Shown here one piece after another: positions 49,061 through 59,283 of a stretch of DNA of 64,000 nt. The first letter of the stretch is position 1. Each line of letters starts with the position of its first letter. The position numbers and the translations under genes were made by a program. The notes under the pieces were generated by a model. That model did not search any database. It was not told the origin of the DNA and saw nothing but the letters and a program-made list of their open reading frames with translations. Location: assembly GCA_024413465.1 (NCBI GenBank), contig JAKSVU010000001.1, forward strand, positions 159,820-223,819. The letters run 5' to 3'. This stretch comes from Alphaproteobacteria bacterium (GTDB taxonomy: Bacteria; Pseudomonadota; Alphaproteobacteria; CAAGCB01; CAG-977).

Positions 49061-50086
49061 TTGTTAAAAAAGGGAATTAAAATGGGATATTTATCAAAAA
49101 GAAAATTTATAGAACGTGAACGTTCTTTAACGCTATTATTACTCATGTTGATTCCATTAATAACCTTAATTGGAACCTTAGGAAGAAGTTTTAACTGGTA
49201 TTTGGACTATATTGGTGAATTTAAGTTACAAGCTGCTGTTATCAGTGGAATTTTATCTTTATGGTGTATCATAAAACAACGTTGGCTAGAAATGTTGATT
49301 TATATTGTTTTTTTAATCGTAAATCTTTTATTGATAGCCACTCATTACCATTTATCTTCTTCAGAAAGTATTCTTCCCGAAGACAGTTATGAGTTTAAAT
49401 TTTTATACCAAGATTTAAAAAATACATCAAAAAATGACCTTGATAACATACGTTTACAACTATCCTATTCTCAAGCAAATTTAATTTTATGGACAAATGT
49501 TCCAGCCGATATTTATAGAAATTTAAATAAAATTAAAAACAATTTTATTCTTCTAAATCAAACCCCCAATAAAGAGGGAAAGATGATGTTAATTTTAGCA
49601 GATGCCCCAGCTCTTAATCGTGGTTTAATTAAAGGTGATTCTGGAGCTTGGGTTTCATTAAAAATTGGTGAAAGAAAAGCTACTATTGCTCTGACTCATC
49701 TTGACAATCCTTGGAATCAAAAAAATTACAATTTAGCAAAGAGCAAAATCTCTGAAATTTCACAATTTGCAAATTCTAGAGATGAACCTATCATTTTATT
49801 TGGAGGTTTTGGAGCTTCAGGATGGAGTTACTTACTTCGAGATTTAGAGAAATCAGCATCTCTAAGAACAGAAGGTAAAATTTTATTAACAGTAAATGCA
49901 AAACTTCCACGCCTTTTCAGGAAACCAACAGATTCCATTTATGCCCATCCAGGCATAGAAATAGATGATTTAGAAGAAGATGCTTCCTTAAAAACAAATC
50001 ATCTAGGCATTAGTGGAACTATCCGTATTGCTCCAATTGTAAAAGAAATAGAATTTTATGATTTAGAACCAACAATTTCTGAATAA
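49061..50086 (+). CDS. Membrane-anchored hypothetical protein with weak endonuclease/exonuclease/phosphatase-like motifs
   Basis: Two N-terminal TM helices. Blocks ILWTNVP, ALTHLDNP, ILFGGFGAS and C-terminal TNHLGI loosely parallel EEP motifs, but the Asp of GDFN and of SDH are not conserved. Confidence 0.3.
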   Translation: MLKKGIKMGYLSKRKFIERERSLTLLLLMLIPLITLIGTLGRSFNWYLDYIGEFKLQAAVISGILSLWCIIKQRWLEMLIYIVFLIVNLLLIATHYHLSSSESILPEDSYEFKFLYQDLKNTSKNDLDNIRLQLSYSQANLILWTNVPADIYRNLNKIKNNFILLNQTPNKEGKMMLILADAPALNRGLIKGDSGAWVSLKIGERKATIALTHLDNPWNQKNYNLAKSKISEISQFANSRDEPIILFGGFGASGWSYLLRDLEKSASLRTEGKILLTVNAKLPRLFRKPTDSIYAHPGIEIDDLEEDASLKTNHLGISGTIRIAPIVKEIEFYDLEPTISE

Positions 50087-50102
50087 GGAGATTTATACAA
50101 AA

Positions 50103-50441
50103 ATGTACAGAAAAAAAACCGATGAAGAAAAAAAAATCACAGCTCAGAAAAGAAGAATTGTAGACATTGACAATATTAAGAATGAACTAAATCGAGGAAT
50201 TATAACTCGATTAAACAAAGTTTCTGGACAAATCGAGGGAGTAAAACGAATGATTGATGACAATCGCTATTTTATGGAAACAATCATTCAATTACGAGCT
50301 GTACGAAGTTCTTTAAAAAGCATTGAAAATAACATGTTAAAAGATATTTTTTCTTCATTACTTTCATCAACAACTCTATCCGAAAATGAAATTGATAAGA
50401 AAATTGAAGAATTAAGAATTATTCTAAATGATAAATGTTAA
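50103..50441 (+). CDS. CsoR/RcnR/FrmR-family (DUF156) transcriptional regulator-like protein
   Basis: RLNKVSGQIEGVKRMIDDNRYFMETIIQLRAVRSSL aligns with the CsoR core RLKRIEGQVRGI.KMIEED.YCIDVLTQISAV, but the W-X-Y-Z metal ligands are replaced (C to F, H to D, C to S). Confidence 0.5.
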   Translation: MYRKKTDEEKKITAQKRRIVDIDNIKNELNRGIITRLNKVSGQIEGVKRMIDDNRYFMETIIQLRAVRSSLKSIENNMLKDIFSSLLSSTTLSENEIDKKIEELRIILNDKC

Positions 50442-50478
50442 AAAAATCTTCCCCCCAAAAAAGTGAAGTAAAAAAAAA

Positions 50479-50517
50479 TCCCCTTTGGAAAAAATTTTTT
50501 CAAAGGGGAATTTTTTT
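50479..50517. terminator. Bidirectional terminator between the regulator gene and htpG
   Basis: tcccctttgg-aaaaaatttttt-caaagggga followed by a T7 run. Confidence 0.6.
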
Positions 50518-50559
50518 ACTGTCCTATAAAAAAGGGCAATCCCAAAATAAACTTTTAAG

Positions 50560-52419
50560 TTATAAATTCAAAACCTTGAGCATCAAATCCGTTACTTTAT
50601 TTGAAAAACCAGCAGGATTTGAAACTGCTTCACCTTCAATAATTTTCGCTTGATCATACAAAATTTGAATCATTGATTTTATATCATCCCCTTTTTCCCC
50701 TAATTTTATTTTCTTTGCCAAAAGTTTAATTAACGGATGATATGGGTTTATATCAAAATAATGCGTTGATGAATACAAAATAGGTTGATTATGCTGTCGC
50801 ATCATTCTTTCTAAATGTATTGAACATTCTCCATCTCCAGAAGATAATGCTACTGGACTTTTAGTTAAACGTTCCGTTGTCCGAACTTCTTTTATTTCAT
50901 CACCAATTACTTCTTTTGCTAGTTCCTTTAATAACGTTAAATCATCTTCTAAACATTTTTCTTCCTTTGTTTCATTTAAAAGAGAAAAATCTTTTAAATC
51001 TAACGCCCCCATTTGAATTGATTTTATTGTTTTTTCCTTATATTGAGTCAAACTTTGAGGCCAAAACTCATCAATTGGATCTGTCAACAATAAAACTTCT
51101 ATCCCTCTAGCTGCAAAACCTTCCAACTGTGGATTATTTCTTAAAACAGAAAGATTATCTCCTGTAATATAATATATGCTTTTTTGATCAGGTTTCATTC
51201 TTGATATGTATTCAGATAAAGAAATAACACCTTCACTTTCCGTTGAATTAAAACGGCACAAATCTGCAATTTCATCGCGATTTACAGAATCTTCAAACAA
51301 ACCTTCTTTTAACACAGTTCCAAAAGCATTCCAAAATTTCAAATAATCTTCCGTATTTTCTGTTTTTTTCTTTAATTCTCCTAAAATACGGCGAACAACC
51401 CCGGATTTTATTTTTGTTAGAACTGGAGTTTTTTGTAACATTTCACGACTAACATTTAGCGGAAGTTCTTTTGTATCAATAATTCCTTGAACAAAACGCA
51501 AATAATTTGGCATCATATCTGGAGTTTGATCCGTAATAAAAACTCTATTTACATAAAGCTGAATTTTTGCATTTCGATCTGGCTGAAAAATATCAAATGG
51601 TGTTTTTGACGGAATAAACATTAACGCTGTATATTCAATTGTTCCTTCTGCTTTATAATGTAATGTATCCCAAGGTTCATCAAATGCATTTGATATATGT
51701 CTATAAAAATCACTATATTCTTTTTCTGTAATTTCAGCTTTATTTCTAGTCCATAAAGCTGTTGCCTGATTTATAGTTTCTGTTTCACCCAAATAATTCA
51801 TAACTACAGGGAAAGAAATATGATCTGAGAATTGACGAACTATTGTTCTAACATCTCCTGCTTCTGCAAACTTTTCAAAATCCTTTTTCAAAAAAAGTTT
51901 AACTTGTGTACCTCTAGAAACATTTTCTTCCTCTGAGATGGTAAATATTCCTCTTCCAGTTGAAGACCACAACCACCCTTGATCTTCTCCAGCTTTTCTA
52001 GAACGTACTTCAACTTTTTCTGCAACCATAAAAGCAGAATAAAAACCTACCCCAAATTGTCCAATTATTGTTGCATCCTTTTGTTTATCGCCCGTTAAAT
52101 TATTCAAAAATTCAGCAGAACCTGATTTTCCAATACTCCCCAAATCTTTTATTAGATCTTCACGATTCATTCCAATTCCGTTATCACTTATTGTAAGTGT
52201 TTTTGCTTCTTTATCTGGAATAATATTTATTTTAAATTCACCATCACCTTTTGCAATATCTGGTTTTACAATAGCTGCATAACGTAATTTATCACAAGCA
52301 TCAGATGCATTTGATATCAATTCTCGAAGAAAGACATCTGTATTGGAATATAATGCATTAACAACGATATCTAAAACTTTACCAACTTCTGCTTGAAATT
52401 CCATTTTTTCTTCAGACAT
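50560..52419 (-). CDS. htpG: Molecular chaperone HtpG (Hsp90)
   Basis: FQAEVGKVLDIV, ELISNASDA and IGQFGVGFYSAFMVA are HATPase/Hsp90 signatures. 619 aa. Confidence 0.9.
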   Translation of the reverse strand: MSEEKMEFQAEVGKVLDIVVNALYSNTDVFLRELISNASDACDKLRYAAIVKPDIAKGDGEFKINIIPDKEAKTLTISDNGIGMNREDLIKDLGSIGKSGSAEFLNNLTGDKQKDATIIGQFGVGFYSAFMVAEKVEVRSRKAGEDQGWLWSSTGRGIFTISEEENVSRGTQVKLFLKKDFEKFAEAGDVRTIVRQFSDHISFPVVMNYLGETETINQATALWTRNKAEITEKEYSDFYRHISNAFDEPWDTLHYKAEGTIEYTALMFIPSKTPFDIFQPDRNAKIQLYVNRVFITDQTPDMMPNYLRFVQGIIDTKELPLNVSREMLQKTPVLTKIKSGVVRRILGELKKKTENTEDYLKFWNAFGTVLKEGLFEDSVNRDEIADLCRFNSTESEGVISLSEYISRMKPDQKSIYYITGDNLSVLRNNPQLEGFAARGIEVLLLTDPIDEFWPQSLTQYKEKTIKSIQMGALDLKDFSLLNETKEEKCLEDDLTLLKELAKEVIGDEIKEVRTTERLTKSPVALSSGDGECSIHLERMMRQHNQPILYSSTHYFDINPYHPLIKLLAKKIKLGEKGDDIKSMIQILYDQAKIIEGEAVSNPAGFSNKVTDLMLKVLNL

Positions 52420-52509
52420 ACTTATTTCCTTTCATAAAAATTCCTATCTTAATAAGTAAGTATAAAAAATTTTTTTTCAAGGACTCAATATATTAAAAAA
52501 CAAAATTCT

Positions 52510-53652
52510 TTGTTATTGCAGTCGATAAAAAATAGACTTATAGTAAATCAAACTTTCACATACAATATTAAGGTATTCACATCGATGACAAATTCGTTTA
52601 ACTTTTACAAAGATGAAGAAAATAACGTTATTTTAACTACGGATAATACTGTAGTTGGACAAATTTCAGGTTTATGCTTTAAATCATCAACAACACTTAA
52701 TTTAAGTCGTCCAAATGAAAAAGATTTTTTCGAAAATTTAAACAATTTTCTTTTTTTTGAATTTCAAAAGAAAATCAACGATATATACCTATCAACACAA
52801 GAAAACTTTTCAATATCTGATGATGGGGCTATACTTTTTAAAAATGAATCTATTGGAAATATTTGTAAAGGTCAGGATAATCTTCATCCACAAATTATGA
52901 TAAAAACACACAACTCCATTTCAACACTATCAATTAATAAGATTTCAAAAGTTATTGATCGTTGGTTAGAATATTATCTTAATGAAAAGTTATTTCCTTT
53001 GTACAATGCCTTAAAAGCTACAAAAGAAAATGAAATCTCTGCTTATGGTCGAGGTATTTTATTTCAACTTACAGAACATTTTGGAACAATGCCTAGAAAT
53101 ATAGTTCAAGATATGATTGAAAAAATCAAGGATGAAGATCGAAAAAGAATTGCCAAAATTGGAATTCGTTTTGGATATAACTATTTATTTTTTCCATTAT
53201 TGTTGAAGCCATCTGCACAAAGAATTTGTACAATTTTATGGAAAGTATGGAATGAAAAACTATCTTCATCACCTGAATTAAAATTTGATGGGAAAATGTC
53301 AATTGATATTGATAAAAAAATTCATAAACAAATATATAATGTTCAAGGTTATATTCTCGCGGGAAGGAAAGCAATCAGAGTTGATATTATGGAAAGATTT
53401 TCTGCAAAGCTTCGCGAGGTAACGAGAATAAATAAAAATGAACTTGTTCCATTACCACCTGAGTTATTGTCATTAGCAGGATTAAAAAAAGATGAAATTA
53501 GCGATATTCTGTTGTTTTTAGGTTTCAAAGCTATTATTGAAAATGATCAAATTATGATTCGAGTCAAATATAAAAATTCTTTCAAAAAAAATGAGCATAT
53601 TGTTTTGAATGAAGACTCTCCTTTTGCAGCTCTTGCTAATTTGAAAAAATGA
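52510..53652 (+). CDS. Hypothetical protein
   Basis: 380 aa, soluble, no motif recognised. Its stop overlaps the folKP start. Confidence 0.35.
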   Translation: MLLQSIKNRLIVNQTFTYNIKVFTSMTNSFNFYKDEENNVILTTDNTVVGQISGLCFKSSTTLNLSRPNEKDFFENLNNFLFFEFQKKINDIYLSTQENFSISDDGAILFKNESIGNICKGQDNLHPQIMIKTHNSISTLSINKISKVIDRWLEYYLNEKLFPLYNALKATKENEISAYGRGILFQLTEHFGTMPRNIVQDMIEKIKDEDRKRIAKIGIRFGYNYLFFPLLLKPSAQRICTILWKVWNEKLSSSPELKFDGKMSIDIDKKIHKQIYNVQGYILAGRKAIRVDIMERFSAKLREVTRINKNELVPLPPELLSLAGLKKDEISDILLFLGFKAIIENDQIMIRVKYKNSFKKNEHIVLNEDSPFAALANLKK

Positions 53653-54878
53653 CCTCTTATATAGCTGTTGGTTCTAATTTAGGAAACCGTAAAAGTAATA
53701 TAATAAACGCATACAAACTCCTTCAAAAAAAAGGGTATAGTATTTTAGAGGTTTCGCCTCTTTATGAAACTCCAGCAGCCTTATTATATAAAAATGCACA
53801 AGATGATTGGAATAAACCTTATTTAAATTGCATTTTTAAATTAGAAACGAAAAATTCACCATTTAAAATTTTAAGTGATTTAAAGGATATTGAATTCACT
53901 TTAAAGAGAAGTGCTCACGAAAAATGGTCACCAAGAACCATTGATTTAGATATAATCGAACATAATGATGTCCAAATAAGAACTTCTAACTTGACTATTC
54001 CACATTCTTTATATTTAGAAAGAAGTTTTGTTCTTGACCCACTTTCATGGTTTAAGCAAATTTCAAAAAAATATTTATATAAAAAATCTCATCAACCTCT
54101 CATTATGGGAATCATAAATGCTACCCCAAATTCATTTTCTGAAAATGAATTTTCTATAAAAAAATGTAAACAAAAAATCTCGCATTGGATAAAAAATAGT
54201 ATTCAAATTATTGATATCGGAGCAGAAGCATCGAATCCTGATGTAAATCCCATTGATGAAGAAACTGAACAAAATAGACTAATCGAAATTTTTAAACATA
54301 TATCCAAACAAAAAAATATTTTATCTTTTACTAAATTTAGCATTGATACGTATCATTATAAAACAGCTGAATTAGCTCTTTATCATAATTTTGATATAAT
54401 AAATGACATTCATGGATTTAATGATAAAAATATGCTCTCTTTAGCAAAAGAGCACCCCAATAAAAATTTTATTTTTATGCATAATGAAGATATCCGACAA
54501 TTACCTCTAAAAGATACTCTCCCTAACATAGAAAATTGGCTCAAAAAAAAGTTAGATACTTTTTCAAAAACAAATCTCAATCTTAATCATTTTATTTTTG
54601 ATCCTGGAATTGGATTTGGAAAAACAAAAAACCAATCCTTATTAATTTTACAACATATTGAAGAATTTCAAAAATATGGATTACGAATACTGATTGGTCA
54701 TTCTAGAAAATCATTTATGGAAACATTTTCCTCAAAAAAACCTGAAAAGCGAGACTTAGAAACTATTGCAATTTCTCTCTCTATCTGTGATAAAATTGAC
54801 GTGCTTCGTGTACACTCGCCTATCGAACATCAACAAGCTCTAAAAGCTTCAAATCATATGTTTAATCAATTTTTTTAA
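53649..54878 (+). CDS. folKP: Bifunctional HPPK (FolK) / dihydropteroate synthase (FolP) fusion
   Basis: N-terminal YIAVGSNLGNR...RTIDLDII is HPPK. The C-terminal half has the IMGIINATPNSFS and FDPGIGFGKT DHPS signatures. Confidence 0.8.
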   Translation: MTSYIAVGSNLGNRKSNIINAYKLLQKKGYSILEVSPLYETPAALLYKNAQDDWNKPYLNCIFKLETKNSPFKILSDLKDIEFTLKRSAHEKWSPRTIDLDIIEHNDVQIRTSNLTIPHSLYLERSFVLDPLSWFKQISKKYLYKKSHQPLIMGIINATPNSFSENEFSIKKCKQKISHWIKNSIQIIDIGAEASNPDVNPIDEETEQNRLIEIFKHISKQKNILSFTKFSIDTYHYKTAELALYHNFDIINDIHGFNDKNMLSLAKEHPNKNFIFMHNEDIRQLPLKDTLPNIENWLKKKLDTFSKTNLNLNHFIFDPGIGFGKTKNQSLLILQHIEEFQKYGLRILIGHSRKSFMETFSSKKPEKRDLETIAISLSICDKIDVLRVHSPIEHQQALKASNHMFNQFF

Positions 54879-54890
54879 TTATATTTTTTG

Positions 54891-57311
54891 CTAGCAAAAA
54901 ATACTTTCATCATCCTTTTTATCTGAACAATTTTTCTGATCAAACTCTTTTTCATCCCATTCTATCGGAACCAACGGACGAACTAGAGCTCTTTTTAACA
55001 CATCTCTAGCATTAGAAACTGTAATTATATCTAGTCCTTTTTTTACATTCTCAGGAATTTCTTCTAAATCCTTTTTATTTTCCATTGGTATAAGAACCGT
55101 CTTAATACCAGCTCGTAAAGCTGCCAATAACTTTTCTTTTAATCCCCCTATTGGCAATACATTCCCTGTTAATGTTATTTCACCTGTCATTGCAATATCT
55201 TTAAAAACAGGAATACCTGTTAACGCAGAAACTAATGATGTACACATAGCCACACCTGCAGAAGGACCATCCTTTGGAGTTGCTCCCTCAGGAACATGAA
55301 TATGTATATCGCGTCTTTCAAATAAATCTGGACGTATACCAAATTCTATGCTGTGAGAACGTACAAAACTAAATGCTGCAGAAATTGATTCCTGCATCAC
55401 TTCACCCAATTTTCCCGTTTTAATTACACGACCTTTTCCTGGCATTAAAAGAGCTTCTATAGATAAAATATCTCCACCGACTTCTGTCCAAGCTAATCCT
55501 GTAGTAACACCAACTTGATTCCTTTTTTCAGCAATCCCGTATGTATATGGTGGAACTCCAGCATATTTTTTCAAATTTCTATCAGTTACCGTTATAGTTT
55601 TTTTCTTCCTAGATTTTAAAATTTCTCTAGTAGCTTTTCGTGTTAAATTTGCCAAAGCACGATCTAAATTTCTAACTCCAGCTTCTCTCGTATACAAACG
55701 TATTAATTTACGAATTGCTTCATCTGTAATAGACCACTCTTTTTCATTAAGACCTGCATTTTTCAATTGTTTTAGGATAAGATGTCTTTTGGCAATTTCA
55801 ATTTTTTCATCTTCTGTGTACCCTTCAATTCTAATTATTTCCATACGATCCAATAATGGTCTTGGCATATTTAATGAATTTGCCGTTGTAATAAACATCA
55901 CATCTGATAAATCGTAATCAACTTCAAGATAGTGATCATTAAATGCTTTATTCTGTGCAGGATCAAGAACTTCTAACAAAGCAGAAGCTGGATCGCCATG
56001 CCAATCTGTACTCAACTTATCAATTTCATCCAGTAAAAATAACGGATTTTTTACTTTAGACTTTTTTATATTTTGTATAATTTTCCCAGGCATAGCTCCA
56101 ACATATGTTCTACGATGACCTCGAATTTCAGCCTCATCACGAACTCCACCTAAGGATGTTCTAATAAATTTTCTTCCAGTAGCTCGAGCTATAGATTCTC
56201 CCAAAGAAGTTTTTCCAACACCAGGAGGTCCAACAAGACATATAATTGGTCCATTAACTGATTTCGTCTTTTTTTGGACTGCTAAATATTCCAATATTCG
56301 TTCTTTAACTTTTTTCAATCCATAATGATCTTCATTAAGAATCTTTTCTGCATTATCCATATCGGTATTGATTTCTGATTTTTCTCCCCAAGGTAAATCA
56401 ACCAACCAATCCAAATAATTATGAACAACTGTTGCCTCTGAAGACATTGGATTCATATGACGCAATTTTTTTAATTCAGAATTTGCCTTTTCTCTAGCCT
56501 CATCTGACATTTTAGATTTTGCTATTTTTTGCTCAATTTCATTATATTCAGCAACCTCATCCTCATCACCTAATTCTTTTTGAATTGCTTTTATTTGCTC
56601 ATTCAAATAATAGTCCCTTTGAGATTTTTCTACCTGTTTTTTTACTCTCTTTCTTATTTTTTTTTCTACATGTAAAAGATCTATTTCTGCGTCAATCAAA
56701 ACATACAACTTTTCTAATCTTTTATGTACATTTTGAATTTCAAGTAACTCTTGTCTATCTTGAATTTTAAAAGATAAATTTGAAGAAATAATATCTGATA
56801 ATTTTGATGGTTCTGTTATTTGAGAAACCGCAGACACAATTTCTGGTGGAATTTTTTCGTATAACCGAGCATATTCTTCAAATTGGCCAATAACAGACCT
56901 CATTACTCCGTCTATATCAATTTTTTTTGTTAATTTATCAGGATATTTTTCAACATTTGCTTCATAATATGTCGGATTATCTAAAAAATTTATTATTTTT
57001 ACCCGCTCATTTCCCTCCACGAGTGCTTTTACAGTTCCATCTGGTAATTTTAACATCTGAATAACTGTACATAATGTACCAATTGTATATAATTCATCTG
57101 GAGTAGGATTTTCAACAACAGCATCACGTTGCGTTAAAAGAACAATTCTTTTTGTATCTTTCATTACAAGATCCAAAGCATTTACAGATTTTTCTCTTCC
57201 GACAAATAATGGCAAAACCATATTTGGATAGATAACAATATCCCTCAGCAAAAGAAGGGGATACTTTTCTATTTTTTTATCCTTAGAATTTGACATCAAA
57301 GAGTCCTCCAA
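54891..57311 (-). CDS. lon: ATP-dependent protease Lon
   Basis: LON N-domain, GPPGVGKTSLG Walker A, and the protease Ser in DGPSAGVAMCT. 806 aa. Confidence 0.95.
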   Translation of the reverse strand: MEDSLMSNSKDKKIEKYPLLLLRDIVIYPNMVLPLFVGREKSVNALDLVMKDTKRIVLLTQRDAVVENPTPDELYTIGTLCTVIQMLKLPDGTVKALVEGNERVKIINFLDNPTYYEANVEKYPDKLTKKIDIDGVMRSVIGQFEEYARLYEKIPPEIVSAVSQITEPSKLSDIISSNLSFKIQDRQELLEIQNVHKRLEKLYVLIDAEIDLLHVEKKIRKRVKKQVEKSQRDYYLNEQIKAIQKELGDEDEVAEYNEIEQKIAKSKMSDEAREKANSELKKLRHMNPMSSEATVVHNYLDWLVDLPWGEKSEINTDMDNAEKILNEDHYGLKKVKERILEYLAVQKKTKSVNGPIICLVGPPGVGKTSLGESIARATGRKFIRTSLGGVRDEAEIRGHRRTYVGAMPGKIIQNIKKSKVKNPLFLLDEIDKLSTDWHGDPASALLEVLDPAQNKAFNDHYLEVDYDLSDVMFITTANSLNMPRPLLDRMEIIRIEGYTEDEKIEIAKRHLILKQLKNAGLNEKEWSITDEAIRKLIRLYTREAGVRNLDRALANLTRKATREILKSRKKKTITVTDRNLKKYAGVPPYTYGIAEKRNQVGVTTGLAWTEVGGDILSIEALLMPGKGRVIKTGKLGEVMQESISAAFSFVRSHSIEFGIRPDLFERRDIHIHVPEGATPKDGPSAGVAMCTSLVSALTGIPVFKDIAMTGEITLTGNVLPIGGLKEKLLAALRAGIKTVLIPMENKKDLEEIPENVKKGLDIITVSNARDVLKRALVRPLVPIEWDEKEFDQKNCSDKKDDESIFC

Positions 57312-57315
57312 AAAA

Positions 57316-58575
57316 TTATGAAGCTATTTCCTTTTTATTACTTTTTTTCTTTACAAATATTCTTTGTGGCTTTGCTTCCTTTAACACACATTTTTCATCC
57401 ACAATAATTTCTGAAACATCTAATAAGGAAGGAAGTTCAAACATTTCATCCAACAATAAAGTTTCAACTATTGATCTCAAACCTCTCGCTCCAGTTTTTC
57501 TATCAATAGCCTTTTTAGCAATTGCCTTCAATGCATCATCTGTAAACGTTAATTTAACATTTTCCATTTCAAATAATGCTTGATATTGTTTAATGAGAGC
57601 ATTTTTGGGCTGAGTTAATATATCTATCAATGCTTCTTCAGATAAATCATCTAATGTAGAAATAACAGGTACCCTTCCTGCAAATTCTGGAATTAATCCA
57701 AATTTCAATAAATCATCAGGTTCAATTTCTTTAAGCAACTCCCCAACTTTTTTATCATCTGGAGCAAAAACGTTAGCCCCAAATCCAATTGATGATCTTG
57801 TCAATCTTTGTTGAATTATTTTCTCAATTCCCGCAAAAGCTCCCCCACAAATAAATAATATATCCTTTGTATTTACCTGTAGCAATTCTTGTTGTGGATG
57901 TTTTCTTCCACCTTGAGGTGGAACTGATGCAACTGTTCCTTCAATAATTTTCAATAGAGCCTGTTGAACCCCTTCTCCTGATACATCTCTTGTTATTGAC
58001 ATGCTCTCAGATTTTCTAGCAATTTTATCAATTTCATCAATATAGATTATACCATGCTCTGCTTTTGAAATATCTCCATCTGCTGCTTGAACTAATTTCA
58101 ATATGACATTTTCTACATCATCACCGACATAACCAGCCTCTGTTAATGTTGTCGCATCAGCAATTGCGAAAGGAACATCTAAAATACGAGCGAGAGTTTG
58201 TGCTAACAATGTTTTACCTGACCCAGTTGGCCCAATCAGTAAAATATTCGACTTTGTTATTTCAACATCTTTAGAATGAATACTATTTGCATGCAATCTT
58301 TTATAATGATTATAAACACTTACGGCTAAAACCTTTTTGGCATTATCTTGACCTATCACATAGTCATCAAGAAATTCCTTTATCTTTTGCGGAGCTGGTA
58401 TTTTACCATCAGTCTTAAAAGTAGGAGCTTTTTCAATTAATTTAGTACAAGCCTCTAAACATTCATTACAAATATACCCATCTTGTCCACAAATTAATTT
58501 TTTAACTTCAAGTTGCGTTTTCCCACAAAAGGAGCAATGCAGTAATTCTTCTTTTTCATTAGATGTCTTTTTCAT
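57316..58575 (-). CDS. clpX: ATP-dependent Clp protease ATP-binding subunit ClpX
   Basis: Zn-binding CSFCGK...C..C N-domain, [20 protein letters not shown]. Confidence 0.95.
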   Translation of the reverse strand: MKKTSNEKEELLHCSFCGKTQLEVKKLICGQDGYICNECLEACTKLIEKAPTFKTDGKIPAPQKIKEFLDDYVIGQDNAKKVLAVSVYNHYKRLHANSIHSKDVEITKSNILLIGPTGSGKTLLAQTLARILDVPFAIADATTLTEAGYVGDDVENVILKLVQAADGDISKAEHGIIYIDEIDKIARKSESMSITRDVSGEGVQQALLKIIEGTVASVPPQGGRKHPQQELLQVNTKDILFICGGAFAGIEKIIQQRLTRSSIGFGANVFAPDDKKVGELLKEIEPDDLLKFGLIPEFAGRVPVISTLDDLSEEALIDILTQPKNALIKQYQALFEMENVKLTFTDDALKAIAKKAIDRKTGARGLRSIVETLLLDEMFELPSLLDVSEIIVDEKCVLKEAKPQRIFVKKKSNKKEIAS

Positions 58576-58589
58576 TATATTTCCTTCAA

Positions 58590-59207
58590 TTAAACTCTTG
58601 AAGTAATAACTTCATCTATTAACCCAAAATCTCTAGCTTCAGTAGCACTCATAAAATTATCACGATCCATTGCTTTCTCAATAATTTCTAGAGATTGACC
58701 TGTTTGTTGAACATAAATATCATTTAAATGTTTTCTCAAATTTAAAATCTCACGTGCATGAATTTCGATATCAGCAGCCTGACCTCTAAAACCACCCGAC
58801 GGTTGATGAATCATCACACGAGCATTAGGCAAACAAAATCTTTTACCTTTTTTTCCAGCTGTTAACAGTAATGATCCCATTGAAGCTGCCTGCCCTATAC
58901 ATACAGTTGAAACATCACATTTTATATAATTCATCGTATCAAAAATTGCCATACCAGATGTTACTACTCCACCTGGAGAATTTATATAAAAACAGATATC
59001 TTTATTAGGATTTTCAGACTCTAGAAATAACAACTGTGCACAAATCAAACTAGAAACATCATCTTGAACTTCTCCAGTCAAAAAAACAATTCGTTCCTTT
59101 AATAATCTGGAATAAATATCAAAAGATCTTTCACCATGGCTTGTTTGCTCCACAACCATCGGAACTAAGGTATCTTTAAATACATCAATTGGATCTCTTT
59201 CAATCAT
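58590..59207 (-). CDS. clpP: ATP-dependent Clp protease proteolytic subunit ClpP
   Basis: GQAASMGS (active Ser), MIHQPSGG (His), and the [10 protein letters not shown]-terminal block. Confidence 0.95.
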   Translation of the reverse strand: MIERDPIDVFKDTLVPMVVEQTSHGERSFDIYSRLLKERIVFLTGEVQDDVSSLICAQLLFLESENPNKDICFYINSPGGVVTSGMAIFDTMNYIKCDVSTVCIGQAASMGSLLLTAGKKGKRFCLPNARVMIHQPSGGFRGQAADIEIHAREILNLRKHLNDIYVQQTGQSLEIIEKAMDRDNFMSATEARDFGLIDEVITSRV

Positions 59208-59283
59208 CTTTTTTTCCTTTTCTATAAAGCTGAAAAAGAACCAACAAGCTTCATACTTGCTGGTTCTTTCCTCGTGTTATTCT

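Noticed and set aside
49061-50086. Confident EEP-family phosphatase/nuclease call for the membrane protein
   Set aside because: The catalytic Asp of the GDFN-like and SDH-like motifs are not conserved (GGFGAS, TNHLGI). The similarity may be coincidental, so the call is kept as hypothetical.
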